Source: Andalucia godoyi And28 (taxonomy: Eukaryota; Protista; Jakobida). Taken from it: 64,000 bases of DNA. The notes under the pieces are model-generated. The model was not told the DNA's origin, ran no database searches, and worked only from the letters and a program-made list of their open reading frames with translations. Shown here piece by piece: positions 61,208-64,000 of this stretch (the stretch's first letter is position 1; every line of letters begins with the position of its first letter). Made by a program: the position numbers and the translations under genes. Where the stretch lies: the NCBI GenBank assembly GCA_009859145.1, contig VRVR01000038.1, positions 1-64,000 on the forward strand, read 5' to 3'.

Positions 61208-63715
61208 ATGGGCTCTTCCGTATGCAAATCATCAAAGTCCACGGCAGTCGAGCCTGGATCACCGCTTGATGCCGAGTCGGAACATGCTTATCCTCCTACT
61301 CCATCCTCGACGAGTCCTGATTTCCAGTCGCCAACGAGCTGCACCTCGAGCCAGTTCGAGCGCAAGTACGTCGAACAAGGGTCGCAAACATCAACCGCAC
61401 ATTCTCGAAACACCTCCATCGTCACGTTTTCTTCACTGCCTCCTCCCGAAAATTCTAGTAGTCATCATCAGCATCTGCATCACAGTAACAGTAACAGCAG
61501 CAATAGCGGTAACGGCGTTGGAAACGGCGCGGGCAGTAATCCTGCACCGCCCCAATCGCAGAATCCAACGTCGTACAATAGCGCTGGCGTAAATGGATAC
61601 ATCGGGACAGCACCGGGAAGAAGAAGATCGTCTGGCATGCAAGTCGCAAATATTCCGCCGCTCGCCACGAACTCCGTTGCCAATTGTGTGGCTGCACCGT
61701 CCGTGTCTTTAATTCCCGGCAATCCGATGCTGGTCGTTAACAGCGCCTCTTCCTCTCCTTTTTCCTCTTCTGCTCCTGCTCCTGCATCGGGCACGAATGA
61801 CGCGGTAGTCTCCGGTGTTCCAGGGCTTGCCGTTTCGCGTTCCGAGTCTGTCTCCACACAAGGTAACATTTCGAATAATCCCAGCAGCGCCAATGTGAAT
61901 GCAAGTGGTGCCGCTTCGTCACAGATGAGCCCAGGATTGGGAGCAGCGGTGGGCACCGGTGCTGGCGGTCATCAGCCGCCAAACTCCGCTCGAAGCTCTG
62001 CTCTTCCTCCCGTTCCGCAGTGGCAGCGTGGTGCTCTGATTGGTTCGGGCGCGTTTGGAAAAGTGTACCTGGGGCTCGATCTGGAATCCGGGCAACTGCT
62101 TGCGGTCAAGGAAGTTGTGTTCCACGGAACAATCACAGCAATCCAGTCGCAGGTCACACAACTCATGCGAGAGATTTCGTTGATGCGGCAACTAGACCAT
62201 CCAAACATTGTGCGGTACATTGGCGCAGAGAGGAAGAATGCATCTTTGTATATTTTAATGGAGTATGTACCAGGAGGGTCGCTTGAATCTCTTGTGCACA
62301 AGTTTGGATCGCTGACAGAACGCGTGTGTCGTTTGTACACCATTCAGATGCTGCAGGGCCTGTCCTATTTGCATTCACACAAGATCCTGCATCGAGACAT
62401 CAAGGGTGCAAACATCTTGGTGAACACGGACGGCACGATCAAGCTGGCGGATTTTGGTGCTTCGAAGCAACTGGCGGAAATGAAGACAATGACGGGCGCC
62501 GATGGCTTCGCGTCCATGAAGGGGACGCCCTACTGGATGGCCCCGGAGGTCATCAAGCAAATATCGCATGGAAGGTCCGCGGACGTGTGGAGTGTCGGGT
62601 GCACCGTCATTGAAATGGCCACTGGAAAACCCCCTTGGTCGGAATTCACGTCGATTGTCGCTGCCATGTTCCATATCGCAGACACAAACGACATGCCTGC
62701 AATGCCCCCGACGTTCTCCGAGTTGGGTGTCGACTTTTTGCGGAGCTGTTTCATCCGGGATCCAAAGATGCGGCCGAATGCCGATGAGTGTCTCCAGCAT
62801 CCGTGGATTACGCAGCAGTTCCAAGAAAGGAGAACCACCAATCCCAACCTTGCAAACTTGGCTGCGGCTGCGGCTGCGGGTTCGGGTTCGGGGAAGACGC
62901 CTGCTAATGGCCATGTTCCGCCGACAAGTATCAACCTTATTCCTCCGTCTCCTGCGTCACGAACTGGAGGACTATTGTCAAATGGAAGTCTCAGCCCGTC
63001 GCGCGCATATGGCAGTTCCATTGGAGAGGAAGCCTCGACAGTTTCAGAGCTTGCGGCTGCTGGTGCAGAAGAGGACAGCGATGACGACCATGAAGATGAG
63101 GAAGAATTCGACAACGTCATTGATCTCGACGACCCCGATCAAGCCCGGATGGTGCAGAACCGTAAGAAGAACAACAAGAAGAAGAAGAAGAAGACGAAGG
63201 GCAAGAAGAAGCGCGACGAATCTATTCTTTCGCCATCCAACTTTCACGTGCAGGTTGAAGGCGAAGGAGCCGCGGCTTCAACAACGGACACTGGTTTGGG
63301 TGAGCCATCCAAGGATCGCAAACGTGTCCTTCTTCCGTCAAGTTCTCCGGAGCCCTCCACTTCCCCTGCTGGTTCCTCAAATGCGGCTTCGACACCGGGT
63401 GCCCCATCGTCATCATCATTACCCGCCACCGCCACCGCCACCGCCATCGCCCTTGCGCCTCCTTCCGATGATCCGCGGCAGAACATTGTCCCCGACGATC
63501 TCGATGGCGACGATCCTATCCAAGTACCCAAGAATCCGGAAATGCAGCAGAGCTCGATTCTCTTGTATCTGGATCAGAAATCAAAGCGCGACTCGATCCG
63601 GCTCATGGACCAAGACATGCTCAAGAACTGGAAACGCCTCAGTATGGGTCGCAACCAACTCCCAATCACCTCTCCCAGACCAACGCTCGACGACCTCTTT
63701 CAGTCCGATTCCTAA
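61208..63715 (+). CDS. MAP kinase kinase kinase (STE11/NPK1-like)
   Basis: WQRGALIGSGAFGKVY, AVK, HPNIVRY, EYVPGGS, HRDIKGANIL, DFG, GTPYWMAPE, ADVWSVGC, GKPPW; N-terminal MGSSVCKS lipidation-like motif. Confidence 0.95.
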   Translation: MGSSVCKSSKSTAVEPGSPLDAESEHAYPPTPSSTSPDFQSPTSCTSSQFERKYVEQGSQTSTAHSRNTSIVTFSSLPPPENSSSHHQHLHHSNSNSSNSGNGVGNGAGSNPAPPQSQNPTSYNSAGVNGYIGTAPGRRRSSGMQVANIPPLATNSVANCVAAPSVSLIPGNPMLVVNSASSSPFSSSAPAPASGTNDAVVSGVPGLAVSRSESVSTQGNISNNPSSANVNASGAASSQMSPGLGAAVGTGAGGHQPPNSARSSALPPVPQWQRGALIGSGAFGKVYLGLDLESGQLLAVKEVVFHGTITAIQSQVTQLMREISLMRQLDHPNIVRYIGAERKNASLYILMEYVPGGSLESLVHKFGSLTERVCRLYTIQMLQGLSYLHSHKILHRDIKGANILVNTDGTIKLADFGASKQLAEMKTMTGADGFASMKGTPYWMAPEVIKQISHGRSADVWSVGCTVIEMATGKPPWSEFTSIVAAMFHIADTNDMPAMPPTFSELGVDFLRSCFIRDPKMRPNADECLQHPWITQQFQERRTTNPNLANLAAAAAAGSGSGKTPANGHVPPTSINLIPPSPASRTGGLLSNGSLSPSRAYGSSIGEEASTVSELAAAGAEEDSDDDHEDEEEFDNVIDLDDPDQARMVQNRKKNNKKKKKKTKGKKKRDESILSPSNFHVQVEGEGAAASTTDTGLGEPSKDRKRVLLPSSSPEPSTSPAGSSNAASTPGAPSSSSLPATATATAIALAPPSDDPRQNIVPDDLDGDDPIQVPKNPEMQQSSILLYLDQKSKRDSIRLMDQDMLKNWKRLSMGRNQLPITSPRPTLDDLFQSDS

Positions 63716-64000
63716 CTGTTTTTCTTCTCTTTCTGTCGTCTCTTCATTTCAACTTTGGGTTCAACACAAACGGGAAAAAACGAAAAACTGCATTTCTAAC
63801 TGATTTTTGGTTTTGTTTTGTTTTGGTGGCTGTTGTTTTCTTTTCCCCCATCTTTCGTTTTATTATGATAGTCGCGAAGGGAAAGAGGAAAGAAAAAAAG
63901 AAAAAACGTGATGCAGAGCATCTGACTGTCGCCAGTGTGTTTGTTTGGGCAGCTTTCCTTCTTCGTCATCCTGAACATCCATTCATTCCGGTTGCATGAA

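Noticed and set aside
62568-63803. 411-aa plus-strand ORF overlapping the MAP3K
   Set aside because: Alternative-frame shadow of the kinase C-terminal region, with no independent motif.

Overview
Gene-dense (about 35 CDS in 64 kb), intron-poor eukaryotic DNA using the standard genetic code and rich in microsatellites. Gene content (BORC/BLOC subunits, ATG4, Arp1-type actin, RPN3, eL22, carnitine shuttle, lysosomal Ntn hydrolases, MAP3K, tRNA-Lys) fits a heterotrophic protist, but I cannot name the species. The main unannotated signal is a set of short intergenic repeats that look like TnpB/Fanzor (OMEGA) relics. Family D is a ~590-bp element in two inverted copies (44764-45358 and 50385-50966) that bracket two host genes. 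It joins an IS605-OrfB-like N-terminal motif directly to an IDRDWNGARNIYLK RuvC-III motif, followed by GCAA- and TTCG-capped hairpins. Family B (8597-8953 and 28696-28876) carries a C-x4-C...RDKNAALNV C-terminus and a conserved long-range helix. Family E (14206-14374 and 57556-57728) has a covarying hairpin and a weaker HDQNGAKRI motif. A possible Fanzor1 N-terminal relic runs off the left edge. No intact Fanzor is present in the window. Other notable items are an ammonium transporter fused to ankyrin repeats with the second pore His replaced by Gln, an adjacent carnitine carrier/carnitine acyltransferase pair, a bacterial-type glutathionylspermidine-synthase-like gene, an ATG-only micro-exon that builds a myristoylation motif in a BORCS5-like gene, a palindromic telo-box upstream of RPL22, and two G-quadruplex minisatellites. 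All family assignments come from motif recognition by eye; no database searches were run.
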